A stretch of 29,766 bases of DNA, taken from Octopus sinensis (taxonomy: Eukaryota). Positions 11,411 through 22,139 of this stretch are shown here, in pieces. Location: contig NW_021832682.1 in assembly GCF_006345805.1 (NCBI RefSeq), positions 1 to 29,766 of the forward strand. The letters run 5' to 3'. How positions within the stretch are numbered: position 1 is the stretch's first letter; each line of letters begins with the position of its first letter. The position numbers and the translations under genes were made by a program. Under the pieces are notes generated by a model. The model saw only the letters and a list, made by a program, of their open reading frames with translations. It had not been told where the DNA came from and ran no database searches.

Positions 11411-11719
11411 TCTAAGCATAGATATATAACAAACAATGAAAAATTTTTAGAGGTGCCTTTTGCATTAAGAAAATATAATGTTCTGGTTATTATGTTCATT
11501 GTAATAAAGAGAAAGGAATGGTTAATCGAGAGAGATTTTACCTTTGATAAAAAGAAAAGTATTGGCGTTGAGGAAAATTCATCGGCAAAAAAGGGCAAAA
11601 ATTAAGTTGAGATATGCAGACAAGAATATGTCTGATCTTCGGTAAGCGCAAAAATGTCGGCTTCATTGCCAACCCCAAACTACAAGGCATCAGGATGATT
11701 TGAGTATTTAACGCGATAA

Positions 11720-11862
11720 TATTGTGCTGAGTAAAAACTTTTGCAATATTTTGGTAAAGCAGCCTAGCATTTAAAGTCGAGGCCATCGTGTTGCACCGTC
11801 TGAAGACAGTTTCTGCCAGCTCTTTGATCCCACGCTGACACCATTTTTTTCTTTCGAGGCAT
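11720..11862 (-). mobile_element. Mariner transposase C-terminal remnant plus probable 3' TIR
   Basis: With frameshifts reads ASKEKN..QRGIKELAE..LQTVQHDGLDFKC-stop (mariner GI..L..RW......G.YF pattern), then a TIR-like end at TA. Confidence 0.7.
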
Positions 11863-11920
11863 ATCTGCGATTGGTAATATTTACATTGCCAGAGCTGCTT
11901 TTAATTCTTAATTTAATATA

Positions 11921-12195
11921 CTTTAACATGCGCTACGCCGCAGTACATCACCAAATAGATTTTACTCTATTTGTATAGTAGTCGTAAACCAGAGATTCAT
12001 TTCGTTTCCAGATGATCCGAGTGCATGGTATTGATAAGCCAAAATAATGGTGAGATATCGGTATGTATCACTCTCGGTGATTCTGAGGTGAGTTGTCTTG
12101 CCTGGCCTGTGACATTCGGGTGTTCTTTCACATTCGGCGTTGTGTGGGGAGCTATACCGTAACAAATTCGGCTTCTAGACAAAACACATACAGTG
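11921..12195 (+). repeat. Old dispersed repeat, copy 2, with hammerhead remnant at 12026-12070
   Basis: Colinear with 3898-4166; TGGTA-TTGATAA-GCC(AAAATAAT)GGT-GAGA-TATCGGTA-TG-TATCA. Confidence 0.8.
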
Positions 12196-12198
12196 CGA

Positions 12199-12276
<78 letters not shown>

Positions 12277-12284
12277 ATATATAT

Positions 12285-12319
<35 letters not shown>

Positions 12320-12329
12320 GGTATGACCA

Positions 12330-12468
12330 GCTACTTAAGAATTTCGCTTCGCACAATTATAAAGTGTCGGTTTAATCCCACTGCATGATATACTGAGAAA
12401 GAGTCTGGAGCCAATTGAGGCTTTGGGGGTTGAAAATGGATAGAAGGAAACTGTTTGGAAGCTCGTCA
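12330..12468 (+). mobile_element. SINE family B head, strongly diverged
   Basis: GGTTTAATCCCACTGCATG and GGATAGAAGGAAACTG...GAAGCTCGTC anchors. Confidence 0.55.
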
Positions 12469-12536
12469 GGTGAGCATACTTTTCACATATTGTTTCAGGT
12501 TGATTCGCTCTGAGATTCTTTTAAGGTACGTGTCTT

Positions 12537-12632
12537 TAGAATCCTCTGTCGCCTACAAGTGAGTCTCGATGAGCATTCAGTAAACTAATTTAAATAACTG
12601 AATGCTCATCATCGAAATCAACAGAGATTCTA
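12537..12632. repeat. Imperfect 96-nt hairpin
   Basis: Perfect 14-bp inner stem 12568-12581/12597-12610 plus outer TAGAATC(C)TCTGT/ACAGAGATTCTA. Confidence 0.85.
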
Positions 12633-12654
12633 CCATGTTTGCATTCTTTTACCA

Positions 12655-12738
12655 ACACTGCATCGGCGGCGACATTGCTGCAGACACACTGCATCGACGG
12701 CACTGCTGCGGACATACTGCATCGGCGGCACTGCTGCG
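12655..12738. repeat. GC-rich minisatellite, three units of about 28 bp
   Basis: ACACTGCATCGGCGGCACTGCTGCGGAC-like unit repeated three times. Confidence 0.9.
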
Positions 12739-13228
12739 TTTTCTGACAAACGCTGACTTCCAACATATTCTTTGATCCTCATCTACAACTCTAAGATTCT
12801 TTTGCATTGTCAGATTTATCCTGGATTTAATTCGGTGATTCACTGGTTTGACATCAAATTTTCCTGGCGTCTATGAAATTACTACAACATTTACTAATTT
12901 GGACAATTCGCTGACAATCTAAAAGGAAAAAATGACCTTCAATTTTGATGGGTGAAATAATTTTATCGTGTTTTTAGTTTATTAATTTATGTTATAATGA
13001 TGTATTTTGTGAACAATAGAATCATTGTTCGAAGGCGTTTAACGTGTCAATCTGATGGTTTGAGTGAGACGAAGTGTTTCTAAATTGATGCAAAATTAAT
13101 ATTCCAAGGGACTTCGTTTGTAAAACAACAATTTTTCTGTTTCTTGTTGATGTTTATAACATTCACCACCAATATACACCGGTGAAATATACTTGCGCGC
13201 ATACATACGCTAATTATACTCACATTTA

Positions 13229-13445
13229 CGAGGGGTTTATGAAAAGTTCCTGGCTTTAAGGGCATCACGAAAGGCCTTATTGGAGGCTCAACTTCCCAAG
13301 TTCTTTTACAGAGCTTAGAAAAACTGAAGGGCCGCTGCAATAAGTAAATGACCATGAGAGGGGAATATGGTGAATAAAATCATAATTAACTGATCCTCCT
13401 GTATTTTCTTTTACCCAAAGCAAGGAACTTTTCAGCAGCCCCTCG
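13229..13445 (+). mobile_element. Non-autonomous mariner (MITE) with TIRs and TA TSD
   Basis: TA-CGAGGGGTTTATGAAAAGTTCCTGGCTTT ... AAAGCAAGGAACTTTTCAGCAGCCCCTCG-TA; internal LEKLKGRCNK*MTMRGEYGE-stop is a mariner C-terminus remnant. Confidence 0.9.
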
Positions 13446-13584
13446 TATAATCACAAAAACATGAACACACACACACAGATACATATATATATATATATAT
13501 ATAATATATATATATATATAATATATATATATATACATACAGAAACTCACACACATATATATATACACACACAGATACACACAG

Positions 13585-13760
13585 ACGTAGAGGACGGATT
13601 TCCGCATAGTTTCTGCCTATCAGTGTCACTTGTGAGGTATTGGTAAATCTGAAGTTATGGTTGTAAACATTTGTTGAATGTAGTTGCGTAGTGGCGATAT
13701 CAAACCCGGAACCACAGGGTTACGAAGCATCCTTCTTGACCACACTATCATACTTCGCCC
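13585..13760 (-). mobile_element. SINE family B head, strongly diverged
   Basis: AGTTTCTGCCTATC, GCGTAGTGG and AACCCGGAACCAC...GAAGCATCCTTCTTGACCACAC anchors. Confidence 0.55.
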
Positions 13761-14473
13761 GGCTCATATGACCAATACTCAACAGTAATGGACTAAATTA
13801 TCGATTGTATTTAGTTTCGTCATTCTTAGTTCTGAGTTCGAATCTCTACGATCAACGTCGACATGTTGATGTCTATCTATTTCAAAAAGTGACAGACGAC
13901 CAAATGTTATTGAGGGTTGATTAGCTATTTTTCCAGTATATTAGAGGGATTTATTTTATGGAACCCGAAAAATGAAGGGTAAAGTTTACTTCTTCGAGAT
14001 TTGAACTCAGTATATTATTGTTCACCACATCGTTTCTTCCAATTCACCGTCATTAGTGTTGACGGATGTCAGTAAAAGATCGTAGCAGGGGATATCCTCT
14101 ACGTCTGGGGCGAGGATCCTTTTTATATATGAAGGTAATATTGAATCAGAGGTAATTTAACACAGCCACTTTAAAGGCACGTTTTTATCTGGAGCAATGT
14201 AATCATTAAAGTAAGAAATACAATTATAAGCTTTTTTGTCAGTAGATATTATTGTGATAATTCAAGAGCGTCAGAATATATCCTGTCTACTAAGCAAAAA
14301 GGTCGTGTTATTTTTGTCATCTCTACTCGCTAAGCTACTTGGATTTTGGTGTACCTTGGTCAGTTGATGACCCTTTGACCCAGTATAAATTTCTGTTGCA
14401 TAATATAGTATAATTTGTACCTACCCCTGTAGGTATAGATACAAGTATATGGTTTGTATATTTGTAGAAAAAT

Positions 14474-14709
14474 GGTGGCGAGCTGGCAGAAACGTTAGCA
14501 CGCCGGGCGAAATGCGTAGCCGTATTTCGTCTGTCGTTACGTTCTGAGTTAAAATTCCGCCGGGGTCGACTTCGCATTTCATCCATTCGGGGTCGATAAA
14601 TTAAGTACCAGTTTCGCTCTGGGGTCGATATAATCGACTTAATCCGTTTGTCTGTCCTTGTTTTTCCCCTCTGTGTTTAGCCCCTTGTGGGTAGTAAAGA
14701 AATAGGTAT
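14474..14709 (+). mobile_element. SINE family A, full length, tail type 2
   Basis: Very close to 2459-2693. Confidence 0.92.
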
Positions 14710-14743
14710 ATTTGTAGATAACTCAGTTGCGATGTATGAATAT

Positions 14744-15207
14744 TCTTTCTATCTACTATAGGCACAAGGCCTGAAATTTCCAGGAAGGGGTTTAGTCGAT
14801 TATACGTTTCTTTACTACCCACAAGGGGATAAACATAGAGGGGACAAACAAGAACAGACAAAGGGATTAAGTCGATTACATCGACCCCAGTGCGAAACTG
14901 GTACTTTATTTATGGACCCCGAAAGGATGAAAGGCAAAGTCGACCTCGGCGGAATTTGAACTCAGAACATAACGGCAGACGAAATACGGCTACGCTTTTC
15001 GCCTGGCGCGCTAACATGTCTGCCAGCTCGCCGCCTTTTAGTCGATTATATCCACCCAAGTGCTCGACTGGTACTTATTTTATAGATCCCGAGAGGATGA
15101 AAAACAAAGTCGATCTCAGCGGGATTTGAACTTAGAAAATAAAGACGGACGAAATGCTGCTAAGCATCTTGTTCAGATTGCTAACGATTTTGCCAGCTCA
15201 CTGCCTT
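14744..15207 (-). mobile_element. Older SINE family A (tail type 1) interrupted by a younger copy
   Basis: Tail 14744-14804 and head/body 15037-15207 rejoin when the insert is removed. Confidence 0.8.
14805..15036 (-). mobile_element. SINE family A, tail type 2, with 14-bp TSD
   Basis: Flanked by TTTAGTCGATTATA at 14791-14804 and 15037-15050. Confidence 0.92.
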
Positions 15208-15719
15208 GCAGTATCTAAATATACAAAATAGTATCCATTTCCTGACAGAAGAATGTACGAAATATAGTGACTACATAATACTTGCTACAGTGCTGAGAAT
15301 TTAATTTCATTAGTAAAAAGCGACATTTCACTCTGCCGATACTCCAAGAGTCACATTTGACAAACCAGATGCATAGATCTGTGCGTTGCAAATTTTTCTG
15401 GATGTTTCTCCGTTTGTAATTTCCATATTAGTCACAGAAAAAAAAACAATCAATTTTCTAAATGTTTCTCCAGTGTAGCATATCAAGCGAGGTTGCTAAT
15501 TAAATACAATGTAATCAATGCATTTCTTAATGTAAAATCCAGACTTCTGTGAGGCCTATATCGTACGTGCTCCATACAGGCTTGGTTGTATGTAAGAAAT
15601 ATAGATTCGAGCTTGAATATGAGGAGACAGTTTTATTCTATTTTGCTCTGGGAATAAGTATCCGATCAGCAGGAATCGTTACCTGTACAGTGGAAATTGT
15701 CTCTGTCGCTCTCTATTAC

Positions 15720-15796
<77 letters not shown>
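15720..15796. repeat. (TC)n microsatellite
   Basis: Direct tandem repeat. Confidence 0.95.
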
Positions 15797-15799
<3 letters not shown>

Positions 15800-16430
15800 T
15801 TTTTCGCTCGCTCACTTCTACCGCTTCACGCCATCAAACTGGAATCTAAGCTCCTGGATCTTGGAAACATTTATGTATCGAAATCGGAAATTATTGTCAA
15901 ATTCCTTCAGTTCTTTCATTTTATTACTTTCCACCGTTAATTTATGTAGACTTTCTCATTGTCTTCCACGGTGACCAATCGTTTTAACATTAAACTAGCC
16001 ATTTAAAGTTGCTTGCATCTAAATATTTGACTCAGGCAGAAATAAATAACACACGCACACACACACACATACACACACACACCACACACACACACCACAC
16101 ACACACACACACTCACACACAAATTGAAGAAATTGGAATCAACAAGAAGGAGTAAAAAATAAAGATGAACAAGAAATCGATTCTGTAATGTTGTTGTTGT
16201 TACTGTTGTTATTATTATTTATCCACAGATCATTCCTGAATAAGAGAGAACTCGTGCGCCAAAGGATTCCAACTGTGACCATCTTACTTATTTAATTTTC
16301 TTTTGGAATATTTAGGACAACATCAGTCAATGTGATTCAAGGCAGTAGTGATTTGAGAGAGATGTGGTTATTTCTTTCTGATAAAACGACCAAGTAGAGG
16401 ATCCTTTCTTAGAACGGTATTCTAAAGTCA

Positions 16431-16501
16431 GTAGGATTTATGATGTATAGGATTTATGACATACGATTTATGCTGAATATGATTTATGCTGAATATGATT
16501 T
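16431..16501. repeat. Degenerate 15-17 bp minisatellite with GATTTATG core
   Basis: Four full cores and one partial. Confidence 0.8.
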
Positions 16502-16960
16502 CTATCAAATTAAGCAGGCAGGAGTAGAAGACTAAATGAACACAAAAAAAAATTAGAAACTATAACAGAAACAATAAGAAATGCTACTTAACAAGCTGAA
16601 ATGAAGGTTAAGTTCGCGAGTTTATAATAAAAGAATTTGATCAGTTTCGATAAATGTTGAATCCCGTAAGATTGTTTCATAACTGAACCACTCGAAGGCG
16701 TCAATCTTTAAAGGGATTTAGACTGATAGATGGCGTAGACAAGATAGTTTGAATCTAGTTTATCAAATATTGGTTGCTGTATCTGAAGCCATCAATTTCT
16801 GCAGTGCATAATCAGGATAATATGGTTTTAGGGCATTATAGCATGTAGTAGTTAAAGCAATCTAGCAGTAAATTACAAAACATTACTAAAGTAATAATAA
16901 TATTGTTTAAGTTAATATTAATATTATGGAATTAGTCTAAGTAGAAGAGACCGTTTAAAT

Positions 16961-17482
16961 CAGTGGTTTTGAATCGAGGTCCATATGACTGTTGGGAGTC
17001 CATATAAGATTTTCTCCTTGAAATTTATGTGCAATAAATTGGTCATACCACTACAATACACAAAATATTTTAATAATTTTTTTTTGTATAAAGTCTAATA
17101 ATATTTAATTATAAAATATAATATTGTTATATTTCGAAATGGTGAATTTGCCAGTTTAGCCAATAAAAACACACGCACTATATATTTGATGTTATTTTGC
17201 TTCAGTGTTATTTATTTTTTACATTAATCTTAATCTTATTTCGGCCAGAGTTCTTTCGTCACAAATATATAGTGCGTGTGTTTTTATTGGCTAAACTGGC
17301 AAAATGACCATTCCGAAATATAACAATATCTGTTTCAACACACGACTTCACATAAAAAATCTTGCACAACAAATATATAAAATATAATAAGATTTTTTAA
17401 AACCACGAAAAGCTGTGAGGATTCACTCGAGTAAAATAGGAATCAAAAGGGTCCATAGGCAAACAATGATAGAGAAACACTT
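16961..17482. mobile_element. hAT-type non-autonomous DNA transposon
   Basis: Starts CAGTGGTTTT, ends GAGAAACACTT; 8-bp flanks GTTTAAAT (16953-16960) and GTTTAGAT (17483-17490); GTCCATA repeated subterminally. Confidence 0.7.
17121..17329. repeat. Foldback nested in the hAT element: 68-bp inverted arms, 73-nt spacer
   Basis: 17121-17188 versus 17262-17329, 65/68 match. Confidence 0.95.
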
Positions 17483-19189
17483 GTTTAGATTTAAATTACT
17501 ATTGTATTAGTGAACGTCCAGGACAAAATTAGCTCATGAGAGGCCCAACTTTGCATGCAGGACCAGGGGTGGCTTTTGGAAACAATTTAAAAAAAGTTTT
17601 ATATGCCATCAAATACGGTACTTATAAACTGCGGACAAAATGCAAAGATCAACTTTACTTTTTATCCGTTCAGGGCCGATATTATAAATACCAGTTTTGG
17701 AATATAGTCAATATAATCAATTGTAGCTCGATCCTCAACTGAGAAAAAAGTGTGCTACTGCTCTAGCAGAGAGCTATATCTATTTCTAGCCAAGTGCGAC
17801 TTAGTGAAATATTTTTTCTTGATCGTTGACACAATACAGTTTGCTAGCGTCAGTATTTCTATTTTAATGCTCTCAGACGGTTGACTTGTATCCAATCAAC
17901 TCGGCCAAATGCCAGTGCAATAATATATAATGGAAGGAAATAAACCGACGAATGCTTCTTTTAATAATAGAAACTGTCTTTAAGAAACAATGAGGAGAAA
18001 TCTGAAATAATTTAATGAAATATGTCTCAGTAACTAGGTCCAAGATATTAGAAAGAGGTTAAGCTGAGCAGACTGGTGTAGCATTATACTATTGGGCGAG
18101 TTTTATAGAGAAGGACGGCGAATTGGAGCTTTTATTTTATTGGTCTCAAATATAACTAGGGAAATAAGTACATAAAAGACAATAAAACAGGAAAATAGAA
18201 TAAAAATCGAAAAGTCGAGAATATGTGATAGAAGGTAGATGTAATTAGAATAATTGTGTCCCTAATGTGTGAGTGGAACTTCGAGAAAAAAAAGCATCCA
18301 AACTTCAACCTATTCATTTGACTGATGGACTTTTACATTCATGAAATGAACACATGAATAATATTTATAGAACGGGAAAAGGCTGGGCACTAAAACTATG
18401 TAAACTAATGTATTATTGACAAATGTATGTTAAAAAAAAAAGAACAAATTGACGATTTTCTATGCGAAAGAGTAGAAAGCAAAGAATAAGCTGTTTCAAG
18501 TGACATTTCAATGTAACAATCAATTTACAAAATGATGAATAAAAAAGCAGAAAGCTGTCATTAACAGTCTCGAATGATGTTATGATGAGTGGAAATATTG
18601 GTGATTCTTCAGTGAAATAAAAGGTTAGAAACAGCAACAGGAGTGACGTCATCAAGAATTGCCATATATCTATCACAGGAACAGATCTTAAATGAGATCC
18701 AGAATTCGCTTTATGCTTTGATAATGTTTTCGTTTTTCTTGAAAGAGAGCCTATGCTTGAAACATTGATAATTTATTCTGTTCTTACATGCCTTAAAACA
18801 TTAACTTGACTTTTATTCGTTACAATTTTATTCTATTGAATTTTTAAAAATAGTTATTGCTTCATGGTTCATCTGTTGTATTTACGCTACCCCAAAGTAA
18901 GCTTTTCTCTTAAGTAATTTACAGAATGCATCATTTTAGTTATGCTTTTACTAAATCGTTTATGGGAGTTATACTATAGTATATGATTGTTGTATACCTA
19001 AAGTATTCACGTCAGACATATAGGTTATCGATTTCTAACAGTGACACATAATCAGATTCTTTTGACGGCGATTAAATAGTCATTGTAATCAGCCTCACTA
19101 TATTAGGAGGTCTTTTATTTATTTATTTATTTGGTTATTTATATATTTTATTTGTCACCGAGAAGATGAAAAGTGAAGTCGACCTTAGG

Positions 19190-19333
19190 ATATAATGTTA
19201 CGGGAGTGTAAAAATACAAACCATCTGTCAAGTGGTGGATGGGTTGGACACAGATACAAACACACACAGACACACGCACACATACATACACATATATGCA
19301 CACACATGCGCACACTGACACTCACCACTATAG

Positions 19334-19368
<35 letters not shown>

Positions 19369-19505
19369 ATATATATATCTATAATACACGACTGACTTCT
19401 ACAAAGGATTAGCCGGCCGGGGGCTATACAAGGAGACATTTTCACAAAGTGTCATGCAGTGGGGGCTGAACCTAGAACCACGTTGTTACAGAGTAAGTTT
19501 TCTTA
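19190..19505 (-). mobile_element. SINE family B, partial and diverged
   Basis: CATGCAGTGGGGGCTGAACCTAGAACCACG head anchors and GTAAAAATACAAACCATCTGTCAAGTGGTGG body anchors. Confidence 0.6.
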
Positions 19506-19564
19506 CCCTTATTTCTGATTTAGATTATTATCATTGTTGTTTTTGCTGTTGTTGCTGATGCCGT

Positions 19565-19603
19565 TTATTATTATTATTAATATTATTATTATTATTATTA
19601 TTA

Positions 19604-19653
<50 letters not shown>
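19565..19653. repeat. (TTA)n microsatellite
   Basis: Direct tandem repeat. Confidence 0.95.
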
Positions 19654-19654
<1 letters not shown>

Positions 19655-20200
19655 TGAGTGAGAGGCAGTGCATGCCATCTCAAAGTGACACTGGGGCAAA
19701 ATATACAAAGCCTAGTATACTCATCGTGACTACTCGTCTGATAAGGGTACCAGAGGCACATGCATCACAACCATACGTGCGTGACAAGGTAATCTCTTAT
19801 CAAAATAAACAGCGCATGATGTTGCAGGTGGGGCTCAGAATTTTCTTTAGGTCGAGTAGATCATCCCGCTCAAAAGGTTTTGAATATGGGTTGTTTAAGG
19901 ATGTTGAACGAAACACCCATATTTCCAAAGATGATTTATCCAAACCCCAAAGAATTCCTCTCGACACATGGCTATGATGCTCCTCCACTACTTCTGCTCG
20001 TGATCAGAGATGCACATATCGTCAGCCACTAAGGGACATGCTCAAATGGTTATGGTTAAACAACTGACAAGTATATCTGTGGTACTGAGCAGAATATTTG
20101 CTGTAGCTCATCTTTTATACCAATACAAAACAATGTACATGGTAACATTTCCAATCAGTTGAGATGAGAAGTCATGAAAACCACTGCCTGGTACTGCATC
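19654..20200 (-). mobile_element. Unclassified block of about 550 bp, probable non-autonomous retroelement with (AAT)n tail
   Basis: More GC-rich than its flanks, sharp boundaries between a LINE 3' end and the (TTA)n tract; single copy in this window. Confidence 0.4.
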
Positions 20201-20205
20201 AAGAC

Positions 20206-20620
20206 ATCTTCAAGTGTCTTCCCAAAACTTAAGGCAAAGAAACTTACTGTATACAGGCCATTAAAATAAATCAGATTGTTTATTTTCTAAGTCATGTGAT
20301 AGAATAAAAGGAGAAGAAAGACAGAGCAAATAAAGACAAAAATTAAAAATGAAAAAGAAAGAAAACAAAGAAAATAAAGGGGAAAAAAGAAAAGAAAATT
20401 CACAGTAACAATGTACTTAGTAATACGTGTGACGTACCAGTTAAGACAACCTTTTGCACTTCCTGGAAAGCTAAGGATAATCCTCAAATAATTTTCAGTT
20501 CCATTTTTGATCATTCCAACTGCTCCTACAATTATTGGTATTGTAACCGTCTTGAGGTACCACATTTTTTCGATTTCAATCAGCAACTATTTATATTTTC
20601 TGAGCTTATCAATTTTTTTC
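20206..20620 (-). mobile_element. RLE-clade (R4/Dong-like) LINE 3' end
   Basis: LIEIEKMWYLKTVTIPIIVGAVGMIKNGTENYL, then QEVQKVVLTGTSHVL after a frameshift; UTR matches 960-1145. Confidence 0.85.
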
Positions 20621-20622
20621 CA

Positions 20623-20817
20623 GGCTGCGAGCGAGTAGAATCCTTAGCACCCCGGACAAAATGCTTAGCGATATTTCGTCTGCCTTTTCGTTCTGAGTTC
20701 AAATTCTGCCGAGGTAGATTTTTGCCTTTCATCCTTTCGGGATCGATAAGTACCAGTTGAGCATTGGGGCCGATGTAATTGATGAGCCTACTCCCTTGAA
20801 ATTACTCTCCTTGTGTC
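20623..20817 (+). mobile_element. SINE family A, diverged
   Basis: GAGTTCAAATTCTGCCGAGG and GCCTTTCATCCTTTCGGGATCGATAAGTACCAG. Confidence 0.85.
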
Positions 20818-20852
20818 TGTAAAAGAGAGAATCATCATCATCATCATCATAT

Positions 20853-21600
20853 TCATTGTCCATGAGGCTTTTGCTCTGGCATATATTTTACTGACACTTT
20901 ACGAAAATAGCTAGCCAAAGCCTTTAACATTCTAACATACTCCTTAGAACCCTTGCTGTTTCCCAAGAACGCTGTTTTCTGCAAGAGTCCCGTCCTGATG
21001 GTAATTGCTAGCCTCTCAAGCCTTGCATCTAGTCTTTTACTAACTGCTCCCAGCGCATCAGCCACAATCGGTACTGCATTTAAGCGTCTGATTCTCCATA
21101 GTTTCCAGTTTCCTATCTTCAGCTTCAACTTTCTTACATTTACCATGTGGTCCCAAGGTGAAGCAATATCCACATTAATTGCTTTGTTTTTCTTTTCTAC
21201 GGCAACAATGTTAGGTTTTCTAGCCACGATAAGATGGTCTCACTGGATGGTAATGTCCCACAAGATCTTAAATTGTTCATTTTCAGCAACCCTTTACGGT
21301 TGGTGAAACGTCTGAGAATGTTGTCGTGCTTTCTCTTGTACTCTTTCAATGCAAGTATCTCACTTTTACTAATAATGTAGTTTAATGTCTCACCTTTCTC
21401 ACAACCTACAAAGTGAGGAGGCCACTGACTTGTCAATATTGAACTTGATATAGTTTGTCCTCAGTGCCTGTTCTTGGGCTGCAAAAGTAAGGGCTTCAGT
21501 TTCCACTTTTAAGTCGCTTTTCTTATACTACTCTCTGATCTTTGTCTACTGTCTCAGGCATTTCATGCAAGAATTAACCATAAGTTTATAACTTCTCCAC
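20853..21600 (-). mobile_element. RLE-clade LINE C-terminal part (zinc knuckle plus endonuclease), decayed
   Basis: SDLKVETEALTFAAQEQALRTNYIKFNIDK..CRL, EYKRKHDNI, KILWDITIQ*DHLIVARKPNIV..VDIASPWD, VPIVADALG, LLQKTAFLG. Confidence 0.9.
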
Positions 21601-21826
21601 TCTGTGACACCAGCGCTATACCGAAGAGATGCAACGGCCCATATACTGATACCCGGTATCTTATTTCCACCGCTTAAATTTATCTGGAAGGTTGGTATGC
21701 ATGGGCTACTGTTGACCTTCCATAAAGAACCTTGCCTGGACTTGTGTCACGGAGGTTAACCTTCTAGGTGCAACCCCTTAGTCATTCATGACTGAAGGGG
21801 AGGGAGCTTTATCCTTTTTACACTTT

Positions 21827-22030
21827 GAGCTGGCAGAATCGTTAGTATGCCGGGTAAAATACTTAGCGGCATTTCTTCCATCTTTGCATTCTGTGTTCGA
21901 ATTACACCGAGGTCGACTTTGCCTTTCATCCTTTCGGGGTCGATAAAATAAGTACCAGTTGAATACTGGGGTCGATGTAATCAACTTATACCTTTCCCCA
22001 AAATTGCTGCCCCTGTGGAAAAATCCGAAA
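21827..22030 (+). mobile_element. SINE family A with (TAT)n tail
   Basis: GAGCTGGCAGAATCGTTAG head and intact core; (TAT)n/(CAT)n tract at 22032-22132. Confidence 0.88.
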
Positions 22031-22072
22031 TCATTATTATTATTAAAATTATTATTATTATTATTATTATTA

Positions 22073-22105
<33 letters not shown>

Positions 22106-22139
22106 CATCATCATCATCATCATCATCATCATCTGTATG

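Noticed and set aside
11962-12182. Duplicated coding exon (with 3898-4166)
   Set aside because: Differences between the copies show no evident synonymous bias, and indels and stops differ between them.
18854-18896. 43-nt candidate exon (TAG acceptor, GTAAGC donor)
   Set aside because: Weak pyrimidine tract and no recognisable peptide; chance level.
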